From Candidatus Eiseniibacteriota bacterium (lineage in GTDB: Bacteria > Eisenbacteria > RBG-16-71-46 > SZUA-252), in the NCBI GenBank assembly GCA_963703225.1, contig OY969801.1, forward strand, positions 2,912,001-2,976,000: a DNA stretch of 64,000 nucleotides, given 5' to 3'. The position numbers were made by a program, and so were the translations under genes. The notes beneath the pieces are model-generated. The model was given only the letters and a program-made list of their open reading frames with translations. It did not search any database and was not told the origin of the DNA. Shown piece after piece: positions 18,695 through 28,508 of the stretch. Position 1 is the stretch's first letter. Every line of letters begins with the position of its first letter.

Positions 18695-20821
18695 TCAGGA
18701 GCGTGTGGGGTCGGGGCTCGTGGGGCGAAGCGAAGAGAGAAGCGAGGAGACCGAAACCTGCGAGTCCCGAGGATCGCCGCCGGGGGCGTCGTTGAAGCGC
18801 GTGAGCGTGAAGTGGAACTTGCTGCCGCGGCCCAGCTCGCTCTCGGCCCAAATTCTTCCTCGGTGCGCCTCGATGATTCCCTTGCAGATCGCCAGGCCGA
18901 GACCGGTCCCTCCCTGCTCGCGGGTTTCCGATTCCTCGACCTGGTAGAACTTTCCGAAGATCCGCTCCAGGTCCTCGGTGGCGATTCCCTTGCCCTGATC
19001 GCTCACGGTGACCTCGTACTCGGCCGCGTGCTCGCGGACGTCGATCGAGACCTTTCCCCCCGGCTTGGAAAACTTGATCGCGTTGGAGAGCAGGTTGTCC
19101 AGGACCTGGGTGATCCGGTTCGCGTCGGCGAGCACCATGGCGGGGATGGACGGGAGCTTCGCCTCCAGCTCGATGCCGCGCCCGCCCGGGATCTGAGGCA
19201 TCCAGTGGAGGCACTTCTCGATCAGATCGTTGAGCGAGGTGGGCAAGAACTGGATGGAGAGGACCCCGGCTTCGATCCGTGAGACGTCGAGGATGTCGCG
19301 CACCAGCCCGATCAACCGCTCGACCGACTCCTGGCAGAACGCCATCATCTGCATCTGGTCGGTGGTGTAGGTGAATTGCGGCGTGTTCATCAATATATCC
19401 AGCGAGCTCTTCATCACCGTGAGCGGCGTCCGCATCTCGTGCGACGCGATCGAGAGGAATTCGCTCTTGGATCGGTCCAGCGCCCTTATCTGGTCGAAGT
19501 TTCGCGCGTTGCTCACCGCCGCGGAGACCTGGGCCCCGAAGAGCGAAGCGACCGAAATCGAATCGTCGTGGAACGTGGAGCGGTCGCCCAGCGCCAGGAG
19601 CACTCCCAGAGGCTCGTCGCTCACGCGCAGCGGCGTCGCCAGCGCGCATTCGCCCGGTCGGGACTCGAGGCACGTGAGCCCCGCCGCCCGAAACTCGGCA
19701 CGGGTGAGGATCCGCGTCTCGCCTCCGAGCACGTGCGACAGGCTGTCGAGCGGCGACTCCCATGAGGAGAGATCGGCCTGGCCCGGGCCCGACCGGGCCC
19801 AGAGGCGAATGGTCGACTCCCGGCGCCTCGAGGCGCCCGCGATCCCCTCGGTCCCGCCGCAGATGGCGTGCAGCCCCTTCGCCGCCACCTCCAGCATCTG
19901 CGACAGGTCCAACGTGGAGGCCGCCTCCGAGCCCAGCCGGTGCAGGTTGTGGAGCCGGGATTGCTGCGCGTGGTTTCGGGTCTGGGAATCTTCCAGGCTC
20001 TGCGCCATGTGATTGAAGGCCGCGGCCAGGGCGCCCAGCTCGTTCTTCCGGGGATCGGCGGCGACGCGCGTGCTCAGGTTCCCCTTGGCGATCGCCTCGA
20101 CGCCCTTCAGCAAGTCCTCGATCGGCCGCGTCACCCACCTCGACACGAACGTGCTGGCCATGACGCTGGCGACCAGCCCGAGCAGAAAGACGCCGACGGA
20201 GACGTACCAGAGGAGCCGCGCTTCCGAGATGAGGGAGGAGGCGCTCAGCTCGACCACCACCAGCCCGACCGATTTCCCTCCGACGGTGCGAATCGGCGAC
20301 ACCGCGACGACGCGAGCCATGTCCGGCCGGGTGATGTCGAGAATCTCGGCGTTCGTCCCCGACATGCCGCGGACGATCAGATTGGGCGGAACGCTCGTCG
20401 GGGGCGGCGATCCGATCGGGAGTCGGCCGCGGCGCAGCTCCACCTCGTCGCGGACCGGCGCCGAGCCGCCCATGTCGACGACCACGCCCCAGGTCCCCAG
20501 CTGACCCAGCGGCGCCAGCGTGAAGAGATGGTAGATCGAAGGATTCGCGCGCCTGAGGGCGCCCAGATTGGTGACGATCGTGCGGAAGCCGGCCGTGTTC
20601 ATGTCGGCCGGCGTCCGGATCAGCTCATGGTCTTCGACCGCGATGAGCGACGCGGCGGTCTCGGCGGCGGTGGTCGCCGTGCCGAGGATTTGACGTCTGA
20701 GAGCAGCCTGTCCGTTCTGGAAAAGGAGGATGGTCGCGAGAACGAGGAACGCGCTTCCCACGGAGAGGAAGAGAATCTGTAGCTCGCTCTTGAGCGAGCG
20801 CGGACCTTCGAAGAGAGACAT
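18695..20821 (-). CDS. Membrane sensor histidine kinase (2 TM, extracytoplasmic domain, HAMP, GAF-like, HisKA, HATPase)
   Basis: HAMP (VTRPIEDL...NELGALAAAFNHM), H-box SHEMRTPL, N-box NLLSNAIKF, DQGKGI, GTGLGL. Confidence 0.92.
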   Translation of the reverse strand: MSLFEGPRSLKSELQILFLSVGSAFLVLATILLFQNGQAALRRQILGTATTAAETAASLIAVEDHELIRTPADMNTAGFRTIVTNLGALRRANPSIYHLFTLAPLGQLGTWGVVVDMGGSAPVRDEVELRRGRLPIGSPPPTSVPPNLIVRGMSGTNAEILDITRPDMARVVAVSPIRTVGGKSVGLVVVELSASSLISEARLLWYVSVGVFLLGLVASVMASTFVSRWVTRPIEDLLKGVEAIAKGNLSTRVAADPRKNELGALAAAFNHMAQSLEDSQTRNHAQQSRLHNLHRLGSEAASTLDLSQMLEVAAKGLHAICGGTEGIAGASRRRESTIRLWARSGPGQADLSSWESPLDSLSHVLGGETRILTRAEFRAAGLTCLESRPGECALATPLRVSDEPLGVLLALGDRSTFHDDSISVASLFGAQVSAAVSNARNFDQIRALDRSKSEFLSIASHEMRTPLTVMKSSLDILMNTPQFTYTTDQMQMMAFCQESVERLIGLVRDILDVSRIEAGVLSIQFLPTSLNDLIEKCLHWMPQIPGGRGIELEAKLPSIPAMVLADANRITQVLDNLLSNAIKFSKPGGKVSIDVREHAAEYEVTVSDQGKGIATEDLERIFGKFYQVEESETREQGGTGLGLAICKGIIEAHRGRIWAESELGRGSKFHFTLTRFNDAPGGDPRDSQVSVSSLLSSLRPTSPDPTRS

Positions 20822-20850
20822 CGGGCGGCGGCTTGAAACCCCTTCATGGG

Positions 20851-22275
20851 TTAGACCTTACGCCGCGCGCGCGTCCCCTCCTTGGAGTCCTCGAGGACGT
20901 AGCCCAGCGCCGAGATTTCGTCCCTCAGTTCATCGGCCCGCTTCCACTTCTTCTGGACCCTGGACTCATCTCGTTGCCGCACAAGGGATTGGACTGCTTC
21001 CGGGACCTCCTCTTCGGGCGCCCCGCCACCCCAGAAGAGTCCGATCACGGAGCCGAGCGCGCGGAGCTTCCGCCCGGCGTAACCGATCGCGGAGGCATTG
21101 GCCGCCGCTGGTTGGGGAGAATCGGCGGCGCGATTGATCGCCTTGGCGATCTCGAACAGGTGTCCCTGCGCCTTCGCCGTGTTGAAGTCGTCCTCGATCG
21201 ATTCTTCGAATTGGGCCGCGAGGTCGTCGATCTCCGCCACGAGCGGCGAGCGCTGCGCCGGCGCGGTGCCGTCCTCGCCCAGGTCTCCACCCGACCCCGC
21301 GGTCGCGAGCGCTTCCTTCAACCGCGCGTACGCGATCCCCGCTTCTCGAAGTCGATCCTCGTTCCACTCGATGGGGCTCCGGTAGTGCGTCGATTGGAGA
21401 TAGAACCGGATGGCCTCCGCGTCGAAATCGCGCGCCGCTTCTTCGATCGAGTAGAAGTGGCGCGACGATTTGGACATCTTCTCGCCGCCGAGGTTCACCA
21501 GGCCGTTCTCCACCCAGTGGCGCGCGAGCGGCTTGCCGGTCGCCGCCTCCGACTGCGCGATTTCGTTCTCGTGGTGTGGGAAGAGCAGGTCCTGCCCGCC
21601 GCCGTGGAAATCAAACGACTCGCCCAGATACTTCATGGCCATCGCGGAGCACTCGATGTGCCATCCGGGTCGGCCGGGTCCCCAGGGGCTGGGCCACGAA
21701 GGCTCGCCCGGCTTCACGCCTTTCCAGAGCGTGAAGTCGAGCGGATCCCGCTTCGACTCTCCCACCTCGATTCGAACGCCGGCCCGCATGTCATCCACGT
21801 TGCGTCCCGAGAGCTCGCCGTAGCGCGGATAGCGCCTCACTTCGTAGTAGACGTCCCCGCCCGCCGCGTAGGCGTACTGGGCGTCGATGAGCCTGCCGAT
21901 GAGGGCGATGATTTCGGGAATGTGCTCCGTCGCCCGCGGGTAATGGGTCGCGGGCTTGATGTTCAGGAGCTTGGAGTAGCGGAGGAACGCGTCGATGTTC
22001 CTCTGCGAGACCTGCTCGAACGGGATTCCTTCCTCGATCCCGCGCGCGATGATCCGGTCGTCGATGTCCGTGAAGTTGGTCACGTAGGTGACCTCGTAGC
22101 CTTTCCACTCCAGGACGCGGCGGATCACGTCGCCCGAAACGGCGTAGCGCATGTGACCCACGTGCGGCTTGTCCTGGACGGTCATGCCGCAGACGTACAT
22201 CCCCGCGTGGCCGGGCCGGACAGGCTCGAACGGGAACTTGGCGCGGCGGCGCATGTCGTAGGCGCGAAGGCTCAC
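20851..22275 (-). CDS. cysS: Cysteinyl-tRNA synthetase
   Basis: MYVCGMTVQDKPHVGH, TNFTDIDD, GRPGWHIECSAM, FPHHENE, KMSKS. Confidence 0.97.
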   Translation of the reverse strand: MSLRAYDMRRRAKFPFEPVRPGHAGMYVCGMTVQDKPHVGHMRYAVSGDVIRRVLEWKGYEVTYVTNFTDIDDRIIARGIEEGIPFEQVSQRNIDAFLRYSKLLNIKPATHYPRATEHIPEIIALIGRLIDAQYAYAAGGDVYYEVRRYPRYGELSGRNVDDMRAGVRIEVGESKRDPLDFTLWKGVKPGEPSWPSPWGPGRPGWHIECSAMAMKYLGESFDFHGGGQDLLFPHHENEIAQSEAATGKPLARHWVENGLVNLGGEKMSKSSRHFYSIEEAARDFDAEAIRFYLQSTHYRSPIEWNEDRLREAGIAYARLKEALATAGSGGDLGEDGTAPAQRSPLVAEIDDLAAQFEESIEDDFNTAKAQGHLFEIAKAINRAADSPQPAAANASAIGYAGRKLRALGSVIGLFWGGGAPEEEVPEAVQSLVRQRDESRVQKKWKRADELRDEISALGYVLEDSKEGTRARRKV

Positions 22276-23171
22276 GTGGCTTCCTCCCGCGCGGGGGCCG
22301 GCGCGGGGGCCGGCGCGGGGGCCGGCGCGGCGGGCTGGGTGTCCAGCCCCGCGGCCGTGTGGATCGAGATTCCCTCCGCGCGCAGGCGCTCGAGGATCGC
22401 GAGGCGGAGCGCCCGCGCCACCGCGAGCCGCTGCTCGGGCACCGTCTTCGCTTGAATGAGGATCGTGAACTGCCCCGCGCCCACGTCGTCGATGCCGAGG
22501 AGCCGCGGGCCCTCGAGCAGGTTCGCCTTGACCTTGGGATCGTCGCGGAACCCGGCGAGGAGCGACTCGATCACTTCCAGGACCCTGTCGGGGTCCTCGA
22601 CCAGGCTCACGGGGACGCGCACGATGGGGGTGGACCAGCTCTTGGTGAGGTTGGTCACGACTTTGATCTCACCGTTGGGGATGAAGTGAATGAACCCCTC
22701 GGCGTCCCGAAGCTCGGTGTGCCGGAGCGAGAGCATCTCGACCGTCCCGGAAACACCGGCGACGCGAATCACGTCCCCCACCGCGAACTGATTGTCATGG
22801 ATGATGAAGAAACCCGCGATCCAGTCGCGCACCAGTACCTGAGCCCCGAGCCCCGCCGCCACGCCGAACCCGCCCGCCGCGGCCAGCGCCGGCGTGATGT
22901 CGAGCCCCAGCTCCCGCACGCCCATCAGGAGCCCGATCACGACGATGGTAATGCGGGTGAAGCTGCGGAGAACATGGCCCACCGTCTTGGCGCGCATCTC
23001 GCGCGCGGTCTCGGTGCCCCGGTGCTCCTCGCGGATGGCGCGCTCGATCCGACCGATCAGCAGATAGGCCACCCGGATGGCGATGATGGTCCCGACCACG
23101 ACCAAGCCGAGACGGACGAGCAGATTGACGATATTGAACGCGTCCTGAGAGGCGGGGTGGAGCGGATTCAT
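22272..23171 (-). CDS. Small-conductance mechanosensitive channel (MscS family)
   Basis: TM3-like AAAGGFGVAAGLGAQVLVRDWIAG, FAVGDVI, GTVEMLSLRHT, IPNG. Confidence 0.9.
   Translation of the reverse strand: MNPLHPASQDAFNIVNLLVRLGLVVVGTIIAIRVAYLLIGRIERAIREEHRGTETAREMRAKTVGHVLRSFTRITIVVIGLLMGVRELGLDITPALAAAGGFGVAAGLGAQVLVRDWIAGFFIIHDNQFAVGDVIRVAGVSGTVEMLSLRHTELRDAEGFIHFIPNGEIKVVTNLTKSWSTPIVRVPVSLVEDPDRVLEVIESLLAGFRDDPKVKANLLEGPRLLGIDDVGAGQFTILIQAKTVPEQRLAVARALRLAILERLRAEGISIHTAAGLDTQPAAPAPAPAPAPAPAREEAT
22289..22330. repeat. 12-bp tandem repeat (GCGCGGGGGCCG, about 3.5 copies) encoding the Pro-Ala tail of MscS
   Basis: Directly visible; translates to APAPAPAPAPAPA. Confidence 0.85.
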
Positions 23172-23174
23172 GGC

Positions 23175-24221
23175 CTAGCGGGCGGCCCGAACCGGGGCGG
23201 ACTCCACGACGGCGCGGATCAGCTCCGCATAGCTCATCCCGGCGGCGGCGGCGGCCTTGGGGACCAGGCTCAGCTCGGTCAGCCCGGGTACCGTGTTCAC
23301 CTCGAGGCAATGCGGCACCCCGTCCTCTCCGAGGCGGAAGTCGACGCGGACCGCCCCTCGGCAGCGGAGCGCCCGGGACGCCTTGAGGCTCAGATCCAGA
23401 AGCCGATCGCGCATCGCGGTCGGGATGTCGGCGGGCACGATGTAGCGGGAAGCGCCCGCGGTGTATTTGTGCTCGTAGTCGTACCAGCCCTCCTCTGGAA
23501 TCACCTCCACGACCGGCAGAGCGAGGTCGTCGATCACGCCGACCGTCAGCTCCCGGCCGTCGACGAACGATTCGATGAGGACGAGGCGGCCATAGCGGCG
23601 CGCCAGGTCGAGCGCGGGGCGAAGATCGGACGCGCGCTGGACGAGCGTGATCCCGACGCTCGATCCTTCCTCGTTCGGCTTGACCACCACGGGAAAGCCT
23701 CCGAGGCGGTCGATCTCTTCCTGGCTCAGCTCGGGGCTCCACGGCGCGGCCGGATCCTCCGGCGCCCACCGCTCCGCCCACTCGGGCGTTGGAATTCCCT
23801 CGGCGCGGAATATCTTCTTCGACATCACCTTGTCCATCGCGAGCGCGGAGGAAAGCACGCCCGATCCCGTGTAGGGGATTCCGGCAAGGTCGAGGAGCGC
23901 CTGGAGCGTTCCGTTCTCGCCGTCGCCGCCGTGGAGCGCGATGAAGACCAGATCGGCGCCGCGGGGGATCGAGCGGACGTAGGAATCGAGGCCCTCCTGC
24001 CGTCGGATCGCCGGAAGATCCCCGCCACCCGAGCGCGGGGCGGCGGCGCCTGTCCCCAGCGCCATCGCGGCGTCGGCGTCCTTGAGGAGCTTCCCGGTTC
24101 CGGTATCGAGGAGCACGGTGTCGTGGCCCAGCGATTGAAGCGCGCGCGCCACGCCCGCTCCGCTCCGGAGCGAGACCTCCCGCTCGGAGGTCGTTCCGCC
24201 CATCAGGACGACGATCTTCAC
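23175..24221 (-). CDS. ddl: D-alanine--D-alanine ligase
   Basis: KIVVLMGGTTSEREVSLRSG, FIALHGGDGENG, KPNEEGSSVG, omega-loop YDYEHKY, EVNTVPGLT. GTG start at 24221 overlaps the ispF stop. Confidence 0.95.
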   Translation of the reverse strand: MKIVVLMGGTTSEREVSLRSGAGVARALQSLGHDTVLLDTGTGKLLKDADAAMALGTGAAAPRSGGGDLPAIRRQEGLDSYVRSIPRGADLVFIALHGGDGENGTLQALLDLAGIPYTGSGVLSSALAMDKVMSKKIFRAEGIPTPEWAERWAPEDPAAPWSPELSQEEIDRLGGFPVVVKPNEEGSSVGITLVQRASDLRPALDLARRYGRLVLIESFVDGRELTVGVIDDLALPVVEVIPEEGWYDYEHKYTAGASRYIVPADIPTAMRDRLLDLSLKASRALRCRGAVRVDFRLGEDGVPHCLEVNTVPGLTELSLVPKAAAAAGMSYAELIRAVVESAPVRAAR

Positions 24222-24718
24222 GTTGCCTCCACCTCCATCAGGGCGACCGCCATCGCGGCGATCCCCTCCTCGCGCCCGAGCGCGCCCAGACCTTCGTTCG
24301 TCGTGGCCTTGACCGTGATCCGCTCCGGCGCCACACCCAACGCGCGCCCCAGATTCTCGCGCATCGCGGCGACGTGGGGCCCCACCCGCGGGGCCTCGGC
24401 GATCAACGTCGCGTCGACGTTGACCAGGCGCGCGTTTCGGCCGCGAAAGAGCGTTTGGATCTCTTCCAAGAGCACGAGGCTCGAGGCGCCGCGCCACCGC
24501 GCGTCGCTGTCGGGGAAGTGCGTCCCCAGATCGCCCAGCGCGAGCGCGCCCAGAAGCGCGTCCCCGATCGCGTGGGCCAGAACGTCTCCGTCCGAGTGAG
24601 CCTCCGGGCCGCGATCGTGCGCCAGCGAAACCCCTCCGAGCACCAGAGGAAGCCCGCGGCGGAGCCGGTGGACGTCATAGCCGATCCCGACGCGAAATTC
24701 CCGCGCTCGGCCGTCCAT
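24218..24718 (-). CDS. ispF: 2-C-methyl-D-erythritol 2,4-cyclodiphosphate synthase
   Basis: RVGIGYDVH, HSDGDVLAHA, GDLGTHFP, KATTNEGLG. Confidence 0.96.
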   Translation of the reverse strand: MDGRAREFRVGIGYDVHRLRRGLPLVLGGVSLAHDRGPEAHSDGDVLAHAIGDALLGALALGDLGTHFPDSDARWRGASSLVLLEEIQTLFRGRNARLVNVDATLIAEAPRVGPHVAAMRENLGRALGVAPERITVKATTNEGLGALGREEGIAAMAVALMEVEAT

Positions 24719-25434
24719 CACGAATCCCCTTCGGCGCGAAGATGCGATTCGAATGCGATGAGATCGGACGGATCGGTCAGCTTCAGATTTGAGGGGTCTC
24801 CAGGAACCACGGCCACCGGGAGGCCCGCCGATTCGACGAGCCAGGCGTCGTCGGTGGCGTTGGGTTCAATCGCCGCGCGCGCTTGAGCGTGCGCGAGTAT
24901 ATCACGCGTGAAAATCTGGGGAGTCTGCGCCGCCTGGAGGCGGTCCCGGGGGAGCGTGCGTACGATCCGGCCCCGCTCCACTTCCTTCACGGTGTCGCGG
25001 AGGGGGAGCGCCGGGATCGCGGCGCCCGTCTCCCGCGCGGCCTCGAGCACCCGCGTGACCAGCGCGGGCTTGACCAGCGCGCGCGCGACATCGTGGATTC
25101 CCACAAAGGCGAGCGGGCGCTCCAAGGCGCCGATTCCGGCCCGGACCGATTCCTGCCGGGTCTCCCCGCCGGCGACCACCGCGATCCGTACGCCGCGCGG
25201 GTTGGCGACGGCGTCCAGAATCAGCCTCGCCTGTGCGATGAGGTGCGCGGGCACGACGGCGACCAGCTCGCCCACCGCGGGGTGACTCAGGAATGTCGCC
25301 GCGGCGCGCGCGAGGAGCGTCGTTCCGCCGACTTCCAGGAGGAGCTTGGGCCCCATCCCACCCATCCGTCGGCCCTCGCCCCCCCCGGCGAGAACGATCG
25401 CGAGGTCGGGCCCGCCCGAGCCTTTGCCCTTCAC
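24718..25434 (-). CDS. ispD: 2-C-methyl-D-erythritol 4-phosphate cytidylyltransferase
   Basis: LAGGGEGRRMG, GGETRQESV, IHDVAR, AQTPQIF, TDD, NLKLT. GTG start at 25434 overlaps the radA stop; the ORF-track extension is spurious. Confidence 0.93.
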   Translation of the reverse strand: MKGKGSGGPDLAIVLAGGGEGRRMGGMGPKLLLEVGGTTLLARAAATFLSHPAVGELVAVVPAHLIAQARLILDAVANPRGVRIAVVAGGETRQESVRAGIGALERPLAFVGIHDVARALVKPALVTRVLEAARETGAAIPALPLRDTVKEVERGRIVRTLPRDRLQAAQTPQIFTRDILAHAQARAAIEPNATDDAWLVESAGLPVAVVPGDPSNLKLTDPSDLIAFESHLRAEGDS

Positions 25435-26834
25435 GGCTCGTCGGAGCCGAAGACGCGCCCGATCGCCTCGGAGAGCGTCGCCGCGGGGATGATGCCCCTC
25501 TCTCCAGCCGTGGCCGAGCGCTTCGGGAGGATCGCCTGTCGGAATCCCAGCCGGCGCGCCTCGCTCACCCGCCGGTCGGCCTGCGGCACCGGACGAAGCT
25601 CGCCGCCCAGCCCCACCTCTCCGATCGCGACCAGATCGGGAGGAAGCGGGCGGTCGCGAAAGCTGGATGTGAGCGCGAGCGCGAGCCCCAGATCGGACGC
25701 GGGCTCTTCCAGTCGGATTCCGCCCGCGACGTTGACAAAGATGTCGGCGCCGGCCAGGGAGATCCCGGCGCGCTTTTCCAGTACCGCGATCACCACGGCG
25801 AGGCGTCGGGGGTCGATCCCGCGCGCCACGCGCTGCGGGTTGGCGAAATGGGTGGGCGCGACCAGGGCCTGCACTTCGACCAGGAGCGGGCGCGATCCCT
25901 CGATGGCGGCGACCACCGCCGAGCCGGGCACCGATTCCCCGCGGTCCCGTAGGAGACGCTCGGACGGGTTTTCCACCTCCGCCAGCCCGTCGCCGCGCAT
26001 CTCGAACACGCCGATCTCGTGCGTCGACCCGAACCGGTTCTTGGCCGCGCTCAGGATCCGGTACTCGTGGTCTCGGTCGCCTTCCAGGTAGATGACGGCG
26101 TCCACCATGTGCTCCAGCGTCCGCGGACCGGCCACCGCGCCGTCCTTGGTGACATGCCCGATGAGGAGGATCGGCATCCCCCGCTCCTTCGCGAGGCGCA
26201 GGAGTCGAAGCCCGCACTCCCGCACCTGGGAGACGCTCCCCGGCGCGGCATCGAGGGAGGCGAGGTAGACCGTCTGGATGGAATCGATCACGAGGAGCGA
26301 CGGGTTCAACCGCTCCACTTCCGCCACGATCGCGCCGAGATCGATCTCCGCGTGGATCCAGAGGCCGGCCTCGCCGCGCTGGAGCGCGAGCCGCTCCGCG
26401 CGCATCTTGGTCTGCCGCGGCGACTCTTCGCCGGAAACATAGAGCACCGACCGGCCCGCGCGGCCGAGCGCGGCCGCGAGCTGGAGCGCGAGCGTCGACT
26501 TGCCGATGCCCGGATCGCCGCCGATCAGGACCAGGGACCCAGGGACGAGCCCGCCGCCCAGGACCCGGTCCAGCTCGCCGATCCCGGAGCGCCAGCGGTC
26601 CTCGAGAGTCCCTTCGATTTCATCCAGCGGGAGCGGAGCCGCCGCGGCCGCACCGTAGCCAGCGCGCGGGGCGGCGGTCGCTTCGCGACGGCCTGGTCCT
26701 TCGCGGGCGCTGTTCCAGGCCGAGCAGTGCGGGCAGCGCCCAAACCACTTGGGGCTCTCGTTCCCGCACTCGGCGCAGAGAAATACGGTCTTCGCCTCCC
26801 GAGCGGCGCCCGAGGAGCGTTCCTTGCGTGGCAT
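25431..26834 (-). CDS. radA: DNA repair protein RadA/Sms
   Basis: Zn finger CAECG...GRCPHC, GDPGIGKST, KNRFG motif, Lon-like C-terminus. Confidence 0.97.
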   Translation of the reverse strand: MPRKERSSGAAREAKTVFLCAECGNESPKWFGRCPHCSAWNSAREGPGRREATAAPRAGYGAAAAAPLPLDEIEGTLEDRWRSGIGELDRVLGGGLVPGSLVLIGGDPGIGKSTLALQLAAALGRAGRSVLYVSGEESPRQTKMRAERLALQRGEAGLWIHAEIDLGAIVAEVERLNPSLLVIDSIQTVYLASLDAAPGSVSQVRECGLRLLRLAKERGMPILLIGHVTKDGAVAGPRTLEHMVDAVIYLEGDRDHEYRILSAAKNRFGSTHEIGVFEMRGDGLAEVENPSERLLRDRGESVPGSAVVAAIEGSRPLLVEVQALVAPTHFANPQRVARGIDPRRLAVVIAVLEKRAGISLAGADIFVNVAGGIRLEEPASDLGLALALTSSFRDRPLPPDLVAIGEVGLGGELRPVPQADRRVSEARRLGFRQAILPKRSATAGERGIIPAATLSEAIGRVFGSDEP

Positions 26835-26839
26835 GGGGA

Positions 26840-27739
26840 CTAGAATACGCTGAGCTTGAGGTACTTCTTGGGGTTTTTCTGGATGTCCTTGACGAGCTGA
26901 TTGGTGTTCTTGAGGGTCTCGCGCAGCTCGATGTAGAGCGTCGAGTCGGAAATCACCTTCCCCAGCGAGCCCTCGTTCTGGTCGACCTTCGTCACGATCC
27001 GGTCGAGCGCGGTCGCGGTCGTCGAGAGCTGATCGGAGAGGGCGGCCAGCTTTCGCGATGCGGTGCCGAAGTCGCGGACCGAGGATGTGACCTGCTCCGA
27101 GTTGGAGCTGGCGAGCTGGTGGAGCTCGCGCGCCGCCTCGCGAAAGTCGACGACCGTCTGGCGCAGGTCGGCGCGGTTTTCATCGAGGGTTTCGGTCAGG
27201 CTCGCGGTGGCCTTCTCGATGTTCTTGGAAGCGCGCTCGACGGTCGCGGGGTCTAGGGAGTCCAGCATCACGTTGAGCCGCGAGGAAAGCTCGGTCGCCT
27301 CGATGAGGAGGTCGCCCGCGCCCGAGATCACCTCGGGGACGCCCGACTGGAATCGTCCCGGAATCGGCTTCGAGCGGTTGAACGTGCCCGGAGCCGAGCC
27401 GGGATCGAGCGCGAGGAATTTCTCCCCCATGAACCCGATGTTCGCCACGCGAAGCTCGACGTCCGGGTGGAGGACGACGCTTCGGTCGATCTCAAACTCC
27501 ACCCGCACGCCCTGGTCCTCCAGGTGGATCTGGGTCACCATCCCCTTCTTCACGCCGCGCACCGCGACGGGATCCCCGACCGAGAGATTCCCCACCTCCT
27601 CGAAGCGCGCCGAGAAGTACGTCTTCCGCTTTCCCAGCCGATATTCCTTGATCCACGCGATCCCCACGAACAGGAGCACGATGGAGAGGAGGCCGGCGAA
27701 CCCCACCTGGATCGCGGCGCGACGCGATGTCCGGTTCAT
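26840..27739 (-). CDS. mlaD: MCE/MlaD-family lipid ABC transporter substrate-binding protein
   Basis: N-terminal TM, LSVGDPVAVRGVKKGMV, GFMGEKFLALDPG, coiled-coil C-terminus; ATG at 27739. Confidence 0.85.
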   Translation of the reverse strand: MNRTSRRAAIQVGFAGLLSIVLLFVGIAWIKEYRLGKRKTYFSARFEEVGNLSVGDPVAVRGVKKGMVTQIHLEDQGVRVEFEIDRSVVLHPDVELRVANIGFMGEKFLALDPGSAPGTFNRSKPIPGRFQSGVPEVISGAGDLLIEATELSSRLNVMLDSLDPATVERASKNIEKATASLTETLDENRADLRQTVVDFREAARELHQLASSNSEQVTSSVRDFGTASRKLAALSDQLSTTATALDRIVTKVDQNEGSLGKVISDSTLYIELRETLKNTNQLVKDIQKNPKKYLKLSVF

Positions 27740-27749
27740 CGTCGGTCCT

Positions 27750-28508
27750 CTAGGTGGGAAGGAGGGGGCCTTCGGAGCTCCCCTCGATGAACTGTCGCAA
27801 CGCGGGATCCCGCGTGGCTTGAATCTCCGCCGGCGTTCCGACGGCGTGGATGCGGCCCTCATGAAGCATCGCGACTCGGTCGCCGATGTGGTAGGCGCTA
27901 CGCATGTCGTGCGTCACCGCGATCGAGGTCATCCCCAGCCTTTCTTGGAGGCGGCGGATCAGGCGATTGACGACGTCGGCCGTGATCGGGTCGAGCCCCG
28001 TCGTCGGCTCGTCGTAGAGCATGATCTTGGGGTTCAGCGCGATCGCCCTCGCGAGCGCGGCGCGCTTCTTCATCCCGCCGCTCAGGCTGGAGGGGCGGAG
28101 GCTCTCGGTGCCGGCGAGGCCGACCAGGGCCAGCTTCTCGGACACGATCATCTCGATCTGATTTTCGGGCATGGGGGTCCGCTCGCGGAGCGCGAGCCCC
28201 ACGTTGTCCCCGACGGTCATCGAATCGAAGAGCGCCCCGGCCTGAAAGAGCATCCCCATCTGCTCCCGTAATGTGAGCAGCTCCGCCTCGCTGAGCGAGG
28301 CCACGTCGACCCCGTTCACCCGTACCGTCCCCTTGTCGGCGGCGAGAAGCCCGATCACGTGCTTGAGGAGAACGGACTTACCGCTTCCGCTCCGCCCGAT
28401 GACCACCAGGCACTCGCCCCTCGGTACGGAAAGATCGACACCTCGGAGCACATCTTTCGCGCCCAGGCGCTTCCAGACGCCGGCGAACTGGATGGCGGAA
28501 TCAGGCAA
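27750..28508 (-). CDS. mlaF: MlaF-family ABC transporter ATPase
   Basis: GRSGSGKS, LSGGMKKR, LYDEPTTGLDP, VTHD. Confidence 0.9.
   Translation of the reverse strand: MPDSAIQFAGVWKRLGAKDVLRGVDLSVPRGECLVVIGRSGSGKSVLLKHVIGLLAADKGTVRVNGVDVASLSEAELLTLREQMGMLFQAGALFDSMTVGDNVGLALRERTPMPENQIEMIVSEKLALVGLAGTESLRPSSLSGGMKKRAALARAIALNPKIMLYDEPTTGLDPITADVVNRLIRRLQERLGMTSIAVTHDMRSAYHIGDRVAMLHEGRIHAVGTPAEIQATRDPALRQFIEGSSEGPLLPT

Noticed and set aside
23175..26217. N-terminal extensions of ddl (to 24497) and ispD (to 26217)
   Set aside because: They overlap ispF and radA in other frames; GTGA-coupled starts at 24221 and 25434 give normal-length proteins.
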